IMG/VR virus record: IMGVR_UViG_3300018413_000007
Coordinates: 1-64,000 of that record
DNA: 64,000 nucleotides
Strand: one strand, 5' to 3'
From: a virus
Taxonomy: Duplodnaviria; Caudoviricetes
Shown here: positions 24,495-35,169 of the stretch, in pieces
How the letters are laid out: every line of letters starts with the position of its first letter
Position numbering within the stretch: the stretch's first letter is position 1
Notes under the pieces: generated by a model
What the model saw: the letters and a program-made list of their open reading frames with translations, nothing else
Database searches by the model: none
Told to the model about the DNA's origin: nothing
Position numbers and translations under genes: made by a program

Positions 24495-25840
24495 GCGAAT
24501 TCAATCCTCAAACATGTAGAATTCTTAAGGCGGAAATTACAAGGACCGATAGGAATTCTAGGGATATAAGTAGTCTCATTACTGAGATTCATATATCCCA
24601 ATCGCTCGTGTCAGTGAGTTGGAGAGGAGTATTAACCGTTTTAGATAACGTAGGTATGCTAGATCTGTTTGGTCTTCGAGGTGAAGAACAACTCAGTTTA
24701 GAATTAATCTGCGATGATCTTGGTACCGTACGTAATTTAGATTGTCAGGTCTATAGAATAGATAATGTGAATGCAAGTAGTGATGGTTCTGGTGTGACGT
24801 ATATGCTTCACTTTATGTCGCGAACAACATGGAACGCTAGTATTCGAAAGGTAATCAGACCCTTTACAAATGTGACGTGCTCTTTTGCTGCAGAATCATT
24901 GATGAAAGAATATTTTGGTGGTTTCGCAGAACAAAGAAACACCACGATCAACCAAGACAAAGAGATCTTACCCTTCGATGCCAGAAAATATACTTTGAAA
25001 AGAAGTGGCAGAGGAGTCTATCTCCAGCCTTCAATAGGCAATATCAAGGCAGTCATTCCGAATTATTCACCCCAGAGGGCAATGTCTTTCCTGGCATCGA
25101 GAGCATACAGCACGGATTCTATCTCTTCATCTTATAGATTCTTCGAGACCCTGAGTTCATATTGGTTCGTCACAGATGAGTTTCTAATGAAGAGGGCCAC
25201 CGACAATCCTTCTCAAATTCAGCAGATGACATATGGTCCTTTTACCACACGAGAGGGAGATCAACCAATTGCCCAGATCGCTTCTCTTAATTCTTTTGTG
25301 GATACGGTTCGGGTTGACAGTGGTACTGATATGGTGTCGGGTGGATATAAAAATAAATCAATAGAGATTAATCTGTTACAAAGAAAGGTAAAAGAAACCG
25401 TACACGATTATACCAAAAATGGTAACTATGTGAGTGCGTCAGGCAAAAAACGCAAGATTTCAGATGATATCCATACAGAAGAATATATGAAGGCAACCTT
25501 TACCGAGGAAAACGCTCCTAGGTTCATTGTCTTTAGAGACTATCGATACGAAGATGAGCCGGAAGGAAACCTTAGACCCGATCAACATTATGCTCAATCA
25601 TATGCCAACAGAATATCTCATACTCATCACATGAGTGCGACCACAGTCAAGGCTGAGATCTCAGGTCGATTGGATATTGAACCTGGTAATGTATTGAACA
25701 TCGATATACAGGAAAGAACAGTACGAGAACAGGTAAATCAAGATTCAAAACTATCTGGCAATTATTTGGTATTGAGTACCGATCACGATATTATGGGGAA
25801 CGATTTAAATACATCAATGACTATGGTGAAATATGGCTGA
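24491..25840 (+). CDS. Baseplate hub protein (gp27/GpD-like)
   Basis: Directly before gp5; G.L.V.DN.G, YRFFET, I.G...IEPG.V..I, LSGNYLV....H patterns. Confidence 0.65.
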   Translation: MSEFNPQTCRILKAEITRTDRNSRDISSLITEIHISQSLVSVSWRGVLTVLDNVGMLDLFGLRGEEQLSLELICDDLGTVRNLDCQVYRIDNVNASSDGSGVTYMLHFMSRTTWNASIRKVIRPFTNVTCSFAAESLMKEYFGGFAEQRNTTINQDKEILPFDARKYTLKRSGRGVYLQPSIGNIKAVIPNYSPQRAMSFLASRAYSTDSISSSYRFFETLSSYWFVTDEFLMKRATDNPSQIQQMTYGPFTTREGDQPIAQIASLNSFVDTVRVDSGTDMVSGGYKNKSIEINLLQRKVKETVHDYTKNGNYVSASGKKRKISDDIHTEEYMKATFTEENAPRFIVFRDYRYEDEPEGNLRPDQHYAQSYANRISHTHHMSATTVKAEISGRLDIEPGNVLNIDIQERTVREQVNQDSKLSGNYLVLSTDHDIMGNDLNTSMTMVKYG

Positions 25841-27503
25841 GTTAGGAGTAGGAATTAAAAGTCCGGTCTTCTTCATCGGCGTGGTGGAGAATAACGATGA
25901 CCCTCAATTTGAAGGAAGGGTCCAAGTTCGTGCGTTCTCAGTTCACGGTACGAATAAACAAGTTCCTACACCAGAATTGCCCTGGGCAATTGTCGCCTCT
26001 GGTTCTTACGATTTAAGTCAACCCCCGCCACCACTCAATTCATTCGTGTACGGCATGTTCCTCGACGGCCGAGATGCACAACAACCTATGGTTCTGGGTT
26101 TAATACCTGGCCAATATCAAGAGGTTGTAGACCCAGAGAAAAACGGCTGGGGTGTTGTCCCACACCGTAACGGCACAGAATTATCAAAAGGTACTGACCC
26201 AAGATCTATCGGTAACCCATCGATGTCAAGATTGGCTCGAGGTGAGAATATCGAAGAGACCTATGTCCTTCAGCAAGAGATGGGCAGGACAGAAGAGCAG
26301 AAGATCGCCGGAACAGATAAAAATTGGTCACAGCCATCATCTGCTTATAATGCCCAATATCCACATAATAGAGTGATCGAAACGACTCACCATTCGATTG
26401 AATTGGATGATACTCCAGACGGTGAGCGTATTATGATTCACCACAAGGCAGGATCTTATATTCAGATTGATTCATCCGGCACCGTGTCAGAAAACGCCTC
26501 TGGTGATCGATACGAAGTCACGGATGGAAATTATCATCAGTCGGTAGGAAATGAAGGTGGGAATTATTACGTCACAATTGGCGGTAATGCCCACGTATAT
26601 GTCAAAGGAAATAAGACAGAAGAAATCGAAGGCGATTATAATTTAATTGTAAGAGGTAACGCCCAATTTGGAGTCGGATCAGCAATGTATCTGAACGCCG
26701 AGATGTTAGAGGCTCGTGGTGGAGATGTCAAGATCGAATCCAAATCCACAACATCAGTCAAGGCAACCAAAGAGCTCTTCCTAGGCGCAAGTGGATTTAT
26801 CCCAGGCCTGGGCAACGTAGATGGTGCTCCTGGGCCCAGTGGTGGTGATGTCAAGATTACTGGTAATAAAGTATTCACGACTGGTTATTACAGTGTCGAA
26901 TCATTCAGTGGATTGTTCACCAAGATTACATCCGTCATTGATACACATATGACCGGGAGTAACCTATTCATAGGACAGACTGGAGCCCTACCTCCTGTCA
27001 CCCCTGTGGTTGGGACTCCGATTGGTACTCCAAGCCCGAATGCTCCTGGCATCACACAAGGCATCAATATCGTGAGTGGAGTCAAGACAAACATCAGTAC
27101 TGGTGGCACGTTGAGTCTCCAGACAGGTGGAGCTGCAGGCATCTTGACTGGTGGTCTCTTCTCTATCTCTACTGGCGGGGTAATGGATTTCACTGTGGGT
27201 GGTGCAATGCAAATAAGCACGGGAGGTATCTTCAGTGCTCAAGCTGGAGGTGCTGCAACAATTATTGCTGGTGGTATCACAAGTATCGATGGTTCTGTGG
27301 TAAATATTGGTATGGGTGGCACACCTGGTGTACCGACTGCCCCTGTCATCGACGTACCCGGCATTTCGATTCTTGGTTTGCCATCGTTGGATTCTATTGG
27401 TGTTACGATGCCAGAACCACCAGGCAAATCCACAGCGATTATATCAAGGGCTGTAACAAGATCCTTTAATAATGCTGGATATGTAGCTTCTCACGGAGAC
27501 TAA
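25833..27503 (+). CDS. gp5: Baseplate central spike without lysozyme domain
   Basis: OB-fold GVVENNDDP..EGRVQVR, LPWA, VYGMFLD; YP.N.V.ET..H..E.DDTP..ERI; Gly-rich beta-helix repeats. Confidence 0.88.
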   Translation: MAELGVGIKSPVFFIGVVENNDDPQFEGRVQVRAFSVHGTNKQVPTPELPWAIVASGSYDLSQPPPPLNSFVYGMFLDGRDAQQPMVLGLIPGQYQEVVDPEKNGWGVVPHRNGTELSKGTDPRSIGNPSMSRLARGENIEETYVLQQEMGRTEEQKIAGTDKNWSQPSSAYNAQYPHNRVIETTHHSIELDDTPDGERIMIHHKAGSYIQIDSSGTVSENASGDRYEVTDGNYHQSVGNEGGNYYVTIGGNAHVYVKGNKTEEIEGDYNLIVRGNAQFGVGSAMYLNAEMLEARGGDVKIESKSTTSVKATKELFLGASGFIPGLGNVDGAPGPSGGDVKITGNKVFTTGYYSVESFSGLFTKITSVIDTHMTGSNLFIGQTGALPPVTPVVGTPIGTPSPNAPGITQGINIVSGVKTNISTGGTLSLQTGGAAGILTGGLFSISTGGVMDFTVGGAMQISTGGIFSAQAGGAATIIAGGITSIDGSVVNIGMGGTPGVPTAPVIDVPGISILGLPSLDSIGVTMPEPPGKSTAIISRAVTRSFNNAGYVASHGD

Positions 27504-27504
27504 A

Positions 27505-29055
27505 ATGGAAGTTTGTGCTGACGATACTAATTTAACTCTACAGAATAGGTTATCTCTACCTCAAGGACCTACGATCAATGGCCGTGGTAATTATACCTTC
27601 AGGCAGATCGAGGCGTTTTCTGCAGCGTTAGAGCAAAATGTATTAGATGAGGCAGAATCAAATCCCATCGCAGTAGCTACTCGCCGATATGGTGATACCT
27701 TTGGTGAAGGACAACAACAATTAAATACGCTTTTAAATCGAACTGGTGGTAGTGGTTATCCAGACCTAAACAATCGATTGCAACAAGGGCCTATCACAGC
27801 CTTAGAATACGCAGGGTTTATCACTGACTATAATTTAACACCGGCAGATTGCACAGATAAGTGCTTTAATGATGTACCTGTGTTATTGTCCCAGCTTAAT
27901 AGCTATTATCAGGGATCGTTCGCTCAGAGCTCAATGGGAGGTCTGTGTGCCCAGATGCCTAATTTCTTTGCTCAGATTGAAGGGTTCTTTACTCTATTGG
28001 GCACTGCAGAGGCAATTATTAAAGACGCGTTGGAATTTCTGACCAAGATTCGTGACCTTGATGATATTATCAAGGCCGCAATACAAAAAATTACTGTCAA
28101 AGCATTAATCGAGAAACTCAAGGAACAGTTAATCAAGGGGTTGATGGATGCGTTTGATAATATCCGAAGTGCAATTGAAAACTTCAATATCGAGAATGTA
28201 ATTGGCAACGTATCTACCTTCATCAATGAACAGTTGGTGAAGAGAGTGATGACTCAAAAAGAGAAAATGTGTTTGTTTTTCAATGACGAAAACAAAAAAG
28301 CAATTGAAGATAAATTCAAATCTCTCGTCGATTACGCTGTTGGCCTCTTTGAGAATCCCAATATTGAGGAATTATATTATTTAATCTCTCGTTTTTGCGC
28401 CTTTATCTTCAACATTGAGGCGTTAATGAACCAGATTAAGTCACCCCTTGACAACTTTGCAAATAAATATTCTAATATAGCGAATCGACTTAAGATCATT
28501 TCTAACATCAACACATCTTCAGCAATCAGAAATGGTGCTGTAAGAATGTCAGACGAGAAGAAAAAAGAGTTGATCGAGAAACAGGAGACGATGTGGTCAC
28601 CTGAGAATGGTAAGGCAATTACTCCCACTGGAGAAGAACCAGTGAATGTGAAACGAATTACCATTAAAGAATATTCTACCCTGCCATCATGTAAAGATGT
28701 GAAAGAGGGTACAGACAGTAAGATAGGTATATCTGGTGATTGGGTCGATGATGAAAACTGTGGCCTAGAGGGCTATGTCAATATTGATTTAGATGTGAAG
28801 GTATATTTGATTCGACTATCAGATGAGCTTGGGTCTAAGATGGATATCACATCTGGCTGGAGAAGTCAACAATATAATGAAGAAATTGGAGCTCCACCGG
28901 AATCATCTCATATGAGTGGTAAAGTCGTAGACATCAAGGCACCGGGTGATGATGAGGAAACATTTACAAATACAGCCATAAAGGTAGGTTTTAAACACGT
29001 AAGGTTCTTAGATTCGGGTGATATACACCTTGATATAAGAAGGAGACCATCGTAA
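27505..29055 (+). CDS. Tail-associated protein with C-terminal peptidase M15A (zinc D,D-peptidase-like) domain
   Basis: ITSGWRS, SSHMSGKVVDI (H-x6-D) and terminal HLDIR; long helical N-terminal region. Confidence 0.8.
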   Translation: MEVCADDTNLTLQNRLSLPQGPTINGRGNYTFRQIEAFSAALEQNVLDEAESNPIAVATRRYGDTFGEGQQQLNTLLNRTGGSGYPDLNNRLQQGPITALEYAGFITDYNLTPADCTDKCFNDVPVLLSQLNSYYQGSFAQSSMGGLCAQMPNFFAQIEGFFTLLGTAEAIIKDALEFLTKIRDLDDIIKAAIQKITVKALIEKLKEQLIKGLMDAFDNIRSAIENFNIENVIGNVSTFINEQLVKRVMTQKEKMCLFFNDENKKAIEDKFKSLVDYAVGLFENPNIEELYYLISRFCAFIFNIEALMNQIKSPLDNFANKYSNIANRLKIISNINTSSAIRNGAVRMSDEKKKELIEKQETMWSPENGKAITPTGEEPVNVKRITIKEYSTLPSCKDVKEGTDSKIGISGDWVDDENCGLEGYVNIDLDVKVYLIRLSDELGSKMDITSGWRSQQYNEEIGAPPESSHMSGKVVDIKAPGDDEETFTNTAIKVGFKHVRFLDSGDIHLDIRRRPS

Positions 29056-29489
29056 TGCCACTGACAACATTAGACGCCAGGGATCTCTTTACCCCGGTCA
29101 CTAAAAAGGTATCTCTGTATCAAGATTTTTCAAAAGATCTTGCTCAGAGTCCTCTTTCTGCTGACATCGTCATGTTGAAAGATGAGGACGCAGTGAAAGA
29201 TGCAATCAAAAATCTTTTACTGACGGACCCAGGTGAAAGACCTATGCAACCATTCCTCGGTGGTGGCATCCGTGAATTGCTTTTCGAAAATATTACCCCA
29301 TCTACACTGAAATTATTAAAAGATAAAATAACATCAACCATTGAATTGTATGAGCCAAGAGCAGAACTTATAGATGTTTCTGTTCGGTCAGAAATTGATG
29401 ATAATACAGTTGGTGTTGTCATTCAATTTTATATTCGCAACAGACAACAGCCGATCACACTCGATGTGATTTTAGAAAGGATTAGATAA
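29055..29489 (+). CDS. gp25: Baseplate wedge subunit
   Basis: AVKDAIKNLLLT.PGERPMQP.LG, I..YEPR. Confidence 0.92.
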   Translation: MPLTTLDARDLFTPVTKKVSLYQDFSKDLAQSPLSADIVMLKDEDAVKDAIKNLLLTDPGERPMQPFLGGGIRELLFENITPSTLKLLKDKITSTIELYEPRAELIDVSVRSEIDDNTVGVVIQFYIRNRQQPITLDVILERIR

Positions 29490-31328
29490 ATGGCAGACGT
29501 CAAGACACCAATCACAGAACTGGACTTTGATGGGATCAAAACCCAATTAAAGACATATCTGCAAACACAGACACAGTTCAAAGACTATAATTTTGAAGGG
29601 TCGAATCTGAGTGCACTGCTCGATGTCCTTTCGTATAATACGTTTATGAATAATTATTATACGAACATGGCAATCAACGAAATGTTCCTCGACACCGCCT
29701 CAATCAAAAACTCAATTGTCTCCCATGCTAAAGAATTAAACTATCTACCAAGATCCCGAAGATCTGCAAGAGCAGAAGTTATCGTTACGATCACTGATGA
29801 GACAGAGACTGCTCAAACACTCACGATTCCACGATATAGTATTTTTCAGGCAACATATCTTGGTGAGGCATTCCAGTTTGTCACAGACGAAACATATATT
29901 GCCAAGAGAATAGCTGCCGGTGTTTATCAAACAGAAACGATTACACTATTCGAAGGTCAGATGCTAGAAAGCTTCCAGAGAGAAGGCTTCATTGTTGATG
30001 CAGATGGTGTGCTCAGGGTAGCACTTTCTAATGATAATGTCGATACAGATTCATTGGTGGTATTCGTTGATGCTGAGGCGACAGACGATCAAAATGTTTT
30101 CACAAGGGCAAATGACATATTTGGTGTCGGGCCAACGGACAAGGTATTTTATGTAGAGCCTTATTTTGATAATCGATATAGTGTTTATTTCGGTGGGAAT
30201 AAATTCGGTGCACAGCCAGAGGAATTTGAGGATGTTCGTGTTCGATATAGAATCTGTTCTGGTGAAGAAGGTAATAAAATTTCTGCATTCACAGCTTCAT
30301 TCATAGAAGGGGCATCGATCTCAGTCGAGACGGTGACTCCTTCTACGGGTGGAGCCGAACGTGAATCGATGGAATCTATTCGATTCAATGCTCCTAAGTC
30401 AATTCAAATTCAAGAAAGGGCTGTTACCACAAAGGATTACGAAATCCTTCTCAAGCAACAATTCCCAGAAATCACGGCAGTATCTGTGTACGGTGGTGAT
30501 GAGTTAGATCCACCACAGTTTGGTAAGGTCGCGGTTTCGGTATATCTTTCAGACGATACGACAATTATTTCCCAGACACTTGCCAATTCTTATCTTGAAT
30601 ATTTGGCGGATAGATCTCCATTGTCCATCGAACCGATATTTGTTCAAACAGAATTCGTATATGCTGACATGATCGTGGACGTATCCTACACTGGTAAGCA
30701 AACAAGTAGATCTGCCAGTGAATTAGAAACCTTGGTACGTAATGCAATCGGTACCTTTTCTGACGACACCCTTGAAGACTTCGATAAGACATTAAGAGTG
30801 TCTAAGCTTTCAAGTGCAATCGATAGTATTGACACTGCAATTAAGAGCACTAGCCTCGAGATTAAACCTATCATCGAATATGCCCCAGCACTGAATGTAA
30901 AAGGCAATCCACGATTTCAGTTTAATGCTCCTCTCGTTAGGCCATATCCCTTTAGAGATGAGAACGGATTCCCAGACTATAAGCCGGCAATCAAGAGTAG
31001 TCCTTATGACGTAGATGATGTTTGCGTATACATTCAAGACGATGGCTTGGGTAATATTCAGATCGTCGTTGATGATCCGGCCAATCCTCAGGTCATTAAT
31101 CCAAAAGCCGGTACTGTAGATTATGATACTGGTGAGGTTAGATTGGTTGACTTTGTTGTTCAACGATTCGATGGGTCTGGTATTAAGGTCACGGCAAACA
31201 CCAAAGACCAAGATGTCAAATCACCAAAGGGTCGTGTATTCATTATCCGCGACACTGACGTAACTGTCAATATGAATCTAGTCGAAGCAAAAGAGGCTAC
31301 GATTAATCAGGCCAAGACCTATAATTAA
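29490..31328 (+). CDS. gp6: Baseplate wedge subunit
   Basis: ELDFD.IK..L, DYNFEGS.LS.LLD.L.YNT, E.FLD.A, GGAERES.ESIRFNAP, Q.RAVT..DY. Confidence 0.93.
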   Translation: MADVKTPITELDFDGIKTQLKTYLQTQTQFKDYNFEGSNLSALLDVLSYNTFMNNYYTNMAINEMFLDTASIKNSIVSHAKELNYLPRSRRSARAEVIVTITDETETAQTLTIPRYSIFQATYLGEAFQFVTDETYIAKRIAAGVYQTETITLFEGQMLESFQREGFIVDADGVLRVALSNDNVDTDSLVVFVDAEATDDQNVFTRANDIFGVGPTDKVFYVEPYFDNRYSVYFGGNKFGAQPEEFEDVRVRYRICSGEEGNKISAFTASFIEGASISVETVTPSTGGAERESMESIRFNAPKSIQIQERAVTTKDYEILLKQQFPEITAVSVYGGDELDPPQFGKVAVSVYLSDDTTIISQTLANSYLEYLADRSPLSIEPIFVQTEFVYADMIVDVSYTGKQTSRSASELETLVRNAIGTFSDDTLEDFDKTLRVSKLSSAIDSIDTAIKSTSLEIKPIIEYAPALNVKGNPRFQFNAPLVRPYPFRDENGFPDYKPAIKSSPYDVDDVCVYIQDDGLGNIQIVVDDPANPQVINPKAGTVDYDTGEVRLVDFVVQRFDGSGIKVTANTKDQDVKSPKGRVFIIRDTDVTVNMNLVEAKEATINQAKTYN

Positions 31329-31342
31329 TACGGTAAAGTAAA

Positions 31343-33595
31343 ATGGTTGGCATTGTAGACAAAAATGTATCTCTCTTCGTAGAAAGTCAATACCCCGCTA
31401 TCTATAAGGAAAGCGGACAGGAATTGATTGCACTCACGAAAGAATACTACAAGTGGTTGGAAGAGACCACGAACCAATCTACCTATAATGCTCGTAGGAT
31501 GTTTGAGTATCGTGATATCGCGACCACTCAAAATGAGATGTTACTTTACTTTAAAAACAAATATATGGCAGATCTTCCCCTTGATGAAGCAGGGGTAAAG
31601 GTACTAGTTCGAAATATCCTTGATCTATATCAACGTAAAGGTTCGGCTTCTGGCATTAAGCTTTTCTTCCAAATGTTTTACAATAAGGATGTTGAGGTCG
31701 TTTATCCTGCAGCGAATATGCTCAAGGTATCCGACTCTAAATGGAAGACCGGTAATTATCTGCAGATGTACCCAAATAATAATCAATTCTTTTCACCCAC
31801 CGGTGAACAGTACGATTATAGTACACTTCTTTCTCGTAATATTACAGGATCGTTTTCTGGAGCAAAGGCTGCGGTCGATAAAATTAATACGATTCTATTA
31901 AATGGTATCTTGACCCCGATCATTTATATTGATCAGGTAAGAGGTTCATTTCAAAAATATGATCAATTATTGACAATCGTGAATGGTGTAGAGGTAGGAT
32001 TTGGATTCGTAAACGGATCTATGAACTTTTTAGATGTTGATGATCAGCTCGGAATCAGAACCGTAGGTAATGAGGTTGGTGATATTGTAAATGTCACATC
32101 GCCGATAGGGACCGGAGGTACTGCAGTCGTCACAAAGATATCAGAAGATATTGACGGTCAGGTAAAATACGATCTACAAGATGGTGGTTGGGGTTACAGT
32201 CTCGAAGAAACAAGATTACTTTCTTCGAATCAGCTCATCCTTTTAGATAATTCGGCTGAAGATTTCGAAATATACGAGAGACTCAGTGACACGAATGGTA
32301 CATCTGGTGTGGTAACAGGACAAACAACGAGTTATGTTGCTGTCAGAATAGACACTGGTACATCATTCAGTCTGTCATATACCGTAAGTACAGTTGATCG
32401 TAATCCAAATATTACTGTACCAGCAGTCAGTTACACAGTTCTCAATAGTTCTGCTCCTGGTAATTTAGAACCAGATACCGGATTATCGACAGACGTTCGA
32501 GTAGAATCCATATCTAATTCAGAGACAGTCAGTCTTATCACTGACCTAATTTCTCCATATGTGTCTGTCGCATTAAATGCTGCAGATTATGGAGCAAGTA
32601 CTCCAATGTCTGGTTCAGCCTCTCCTGTCAATATTAATACCGTACTAGAAGACGCATTTGATTTGCAAGATATTACCATTGGAACTATCGATGCGTTATT
32701 AAACGTCAACCCTGGTACTGCCTACACAAATGATGTGAAATCTGTATTGCAAGATTCTTTATTTTCCAGATTCGACCGAAGAGACCAAAATATTATCTTC
32801 ACCAATTCCGAAGAGGTATTTGATTTTTCAATCGGTAATATCATCACAGAGACAGGAACTGGTAGACAAGGTATCGTGAGGGAGATTAATTCTAACGGCT
32901 ATCTTCGAATCACACCTTACACCTATTACGGGTTTGACAGCCAAACAAATGATATTCTTAGAGATGGTATTGTCTTATATTCAACGATAAAGTCAGAACA
33001 AAATTATGATTCGCCTAAATTGGGTGAAAACGCTGTCATTGCATCTCCTGTAGCATTCGAAATAGGAACGATTGAAGAGGTAGCTGTTCAAGGCTCTGGG
33101 TTTGGATATCCCGATGGGACATATGTACAGCTGACAAGACCCTCAGATGGATCGGTTAGAGCAGAGGCAGTGGTAACGTCACAATCACAGGGCACGAATT
33201 CTGGTTATTGGTCTAATTTTAATTCTCATATTAATGGATACACGAAAACACTGGCCGAGGACGGTGAAGATTTTTATTACGATTCGCAGAAGAAGGTTCA
33301 GGATAGTGATTATCTTCAGGAGTATTCTTATGAGCTTAAGAGTGCCGTCAATCCAGCAGATTACATGCCGGGTCTTCTTGAGAATGTGCATCTTGCCGGT
33401 ACTAAGGTATTCAATCAATTCTTATTTAAAAACAAAGTAGGTATATCATTAACCTCTAACTTCATTCGATATTTCAATGATGATGGCCAGGGTTCAATTT
33501 TCGATACCCAGGATATTAATGCTATTACCTCAGATATTTTAAACTTTACTGTAGATTCTACAATATTGACATCAGATAATGTTAACACAATTTAA
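31343..33595 (+). CDS. gp7: Baseplate wedge initiator (gp7-like)
   Basis: Follows gp6; LY.RKGS..G.KLFF...Y, QDSDY.QEYSYEL, VH.AGTK.F. Confidence 0.72.
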   Translation: MVGIVDKNVSLFVESQYPAIYKESGQELIALTKEYYKWLEETTNQSTYNARRMFEYRDIATTQNEMLLYFKNKYMADLPLDEAGVKVLVRNILDLYQRKGSASGIKLFFQMFYNKDVEVVYPAANMLKVSDSKWKTGNYLQMYPNNNQFFSPTGEQYDYSTLLSRNITGSFSGAKAAVDKINTILLNGILTPIIYIDQVRGSFQKYDQLLTIVNGVEVGFGFVNGSMNFLDVDDQLGIRTVGNEVGDIVNVTSPIGTGGTAVVTKISEDIDGQVKYDLQDGGWGYSLEETRLLSSNQLILLDNSAEDFEIYERLSDTNGTSGVVTGQTTSYVAVRIDTGTSFSLSYTVSTVDRNPNITVPAVSYTVLNSSAPGNLEPDTGLSTDVRVESISNSETVSLITDLISPYVSVALNAADYGASTPMSGSASPVNINTVLEDAFDLQDITIGTIDALLNVNPGTAYTNDVKSVLQDSLFSRFDRRDQNIIFTNSEEVFDFSIGNIITETGTGRQGIVREINSNGYLRITPYTYYGFDSQTNDILRDGIVLYSTIKSEQNYDSPKLGENAVIASPVAFEIGTIEEVAVQGSGFGYPDGTYVQLTRPSDGSVRAEAVVTSQSQGTNSGYWSNFNSHINGYTKTLAEDGEDFYYDSQKKVQDSDYLQEYSYELKSAVNPADYMPGLLENVHLAGTKVFNQFLFKNKVGISLTSNFIRYFNDDGQGSIFDTQDINAITSDILNFTVDSTILTSDNVNTI

Positions 33596-33603
33596 AATAA
33601 ATA
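33596..33603 (+). promoter_or_regulatory. Late promoter variant
   Basis: AATAAATA in the intergenic gap. Confidence 0.45.
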
Positions 33604-33629
33604 ACAGATAAAAACTTTTTGGAGATAAC

Positions 33630-35168
33630 ATGGCCAAGCAAACAGTCGATATAGGGGCAGTCGCCAATGACGGCACTGGTGATCCTATACGAACAGCGAT
33701 GCAGAAAATTAATGGTAACTTCACAGAGGTGTATAACTCTTTAGGTGGGGATATCGTTACCAACCTTGTCAACTCAGATGAAGAAATAGAGCTTCTTGGT
33801 ACAGCAAATAAAATTTCTTTCCTCTACGCATTAGAATCCGAGGTTCTTGCATTAGATCCAGCCGCGCATCACGGAGTCATTGCTCACGCTCATGACACAG
33901 GGGCCATGTACTATGCTCATGGGCAGTGGAATAAACTTCTCAGTGATAATTCAGCTGGTAATATAGGTTCATATGTTGATCCTCTTGCACCATTTGTCTA
34001 CGACGGTACTATTACAAACACAGAAGCGGCCAATTACGTATTACAGACAAATGGAGATGGTACCTATACTTGGGTAACCAATGCTGGTGGCGGTGGTGCT
34101 AGTAATTTACCTGATCTCGGCGATGTCACAATCAGCAGTCCGACCAATGGCCAGGTATTAAAATATAATGGATCAGCTTGGATTAATGATACAGATGCCA
34201 CTGGCGGTGGTGGTGCAAATATCACCGTATCAGATGAAGGATCTTCATTAACGACTAGTCTGGCATCAATCAATTTTGTAGGTGCTGGTGTTGTTGCTTC
34301 GACTTCTGGCGATGATGTCACCGTGACAATTGCAGGCGGCGGTGGTGGTGGTACCTTTGCCACACTAACCGAGGTAGATACAGCCGATTTAGATGTTGAT
34401 GATATTGCGTTACAGGCTGTCAGTAACTTGGTAGTCACTGGACCTGATTCGACACGTTATCTGATTGATCAATACCCAGGTGATAATCCCACAGTCTATG
34501 TAGATCGTGGCCAGACGATTGCCTTCAATCTCGATGGTGTTACTGCATCTCACCCATTTAGAATTTTAGATATCGGTGGCGGATCTAATTATAATACAGG
34601 ATTGGTACACGTTGCTCAAGATGGTACAACAACTACAGGAAGTAATGCTCAAGATAAAACAAGCGGTACACTCTATTGGAAAATCCCAGGTAACGCCCCT
34701 GCTGGTACATATGAATATGTTTGTACTGTCCATGCATCGATGAATGGTGATATTGTTGTTCGAGATCCATCCGCCGGTGGTGGTGGAGGTAGTGCAACAC
34801 GAAACACAGAGGCAGAAACAACGGCATCTATTGCTGACGGAGCTTCTGATAATGTCGAATATGCATCAATCGGTAAGTCCTATGCACTTTATTCGATTCA
34901 ATCAGATGGTGCAGCTTGGGTTAGAATTTACTCAGATACGTCTGCAAGAACGGCTGACGCTGGAAGAACACAAGGTGTAGATCCTGCAGAAGGTTCTGGT
35001 GTAATTGCAGAAGCAGTATTCACCGGAGCCGGAACCGTAAAGATTACTCCTGCAGTATTCGGTTGGTTAGATAATTCAGAAACCGTGGTCCCAGTTGCAA
35101 TACAAAATAATACTGGTTCTACTGGTACGGTCACGGTAACATTAACTGCTCTCACATTAGAGACCTAA
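33630..35168 (+). CDS. Baseplate/fibre connector with gp9/gp10-like N-terminus and a cupredoxin-like domain
   Basis: MAKQTVDIG..ANDGTGDP.R.A..KIN.NF.E.Y; Gly-run linkers; SHPF...YEYVCTVHASMNG. Confidence 0.72.
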   Translation: MAKQTVDIGAVANDGTGDPIRTAMQKINGNFTEVYNSLGGDIVTNLVNSDEEIELLGTANKISFLYALESEVLALDPAAHHGVIAHAHDTGAMYYAHGQWNKLLSDNSAGNIGSYVDPLAPFVYDGTITNTEAANYVLQTNGDGTYTWVTNAGGGGASNLPDLGDVTISSPTNGQVLKYNGSAWINDTDATGGGGANITVSDEGSSLTTSLASINFVGAGVVASTSGDDVTVTIAGGGGGGTFATLTEVDTADLDVDDIALQAVSNLVVTGPDSTRYLIDQYPGDNPTVYVDRGQTIAFNLDGVTASHPFRILDIGGGSNYNTGLVHVAQDGTTTTGSNAQDKTSGTLYWKIPGNAPAGTYEYVCTVHASMNGDIVVRDPSAGGGGGSATRNTEAETTASIADGASDNVEYASIGKSYALYSIQSDGAAWVRIYSDTSARTADAGRTQGVDPAEGSGVIAEAVFTGAGTVKITPAVFGWLDNSETVVPVAIQNNTGSTGTVTVTLTALTLET

Positions 35169-35169
35169 T

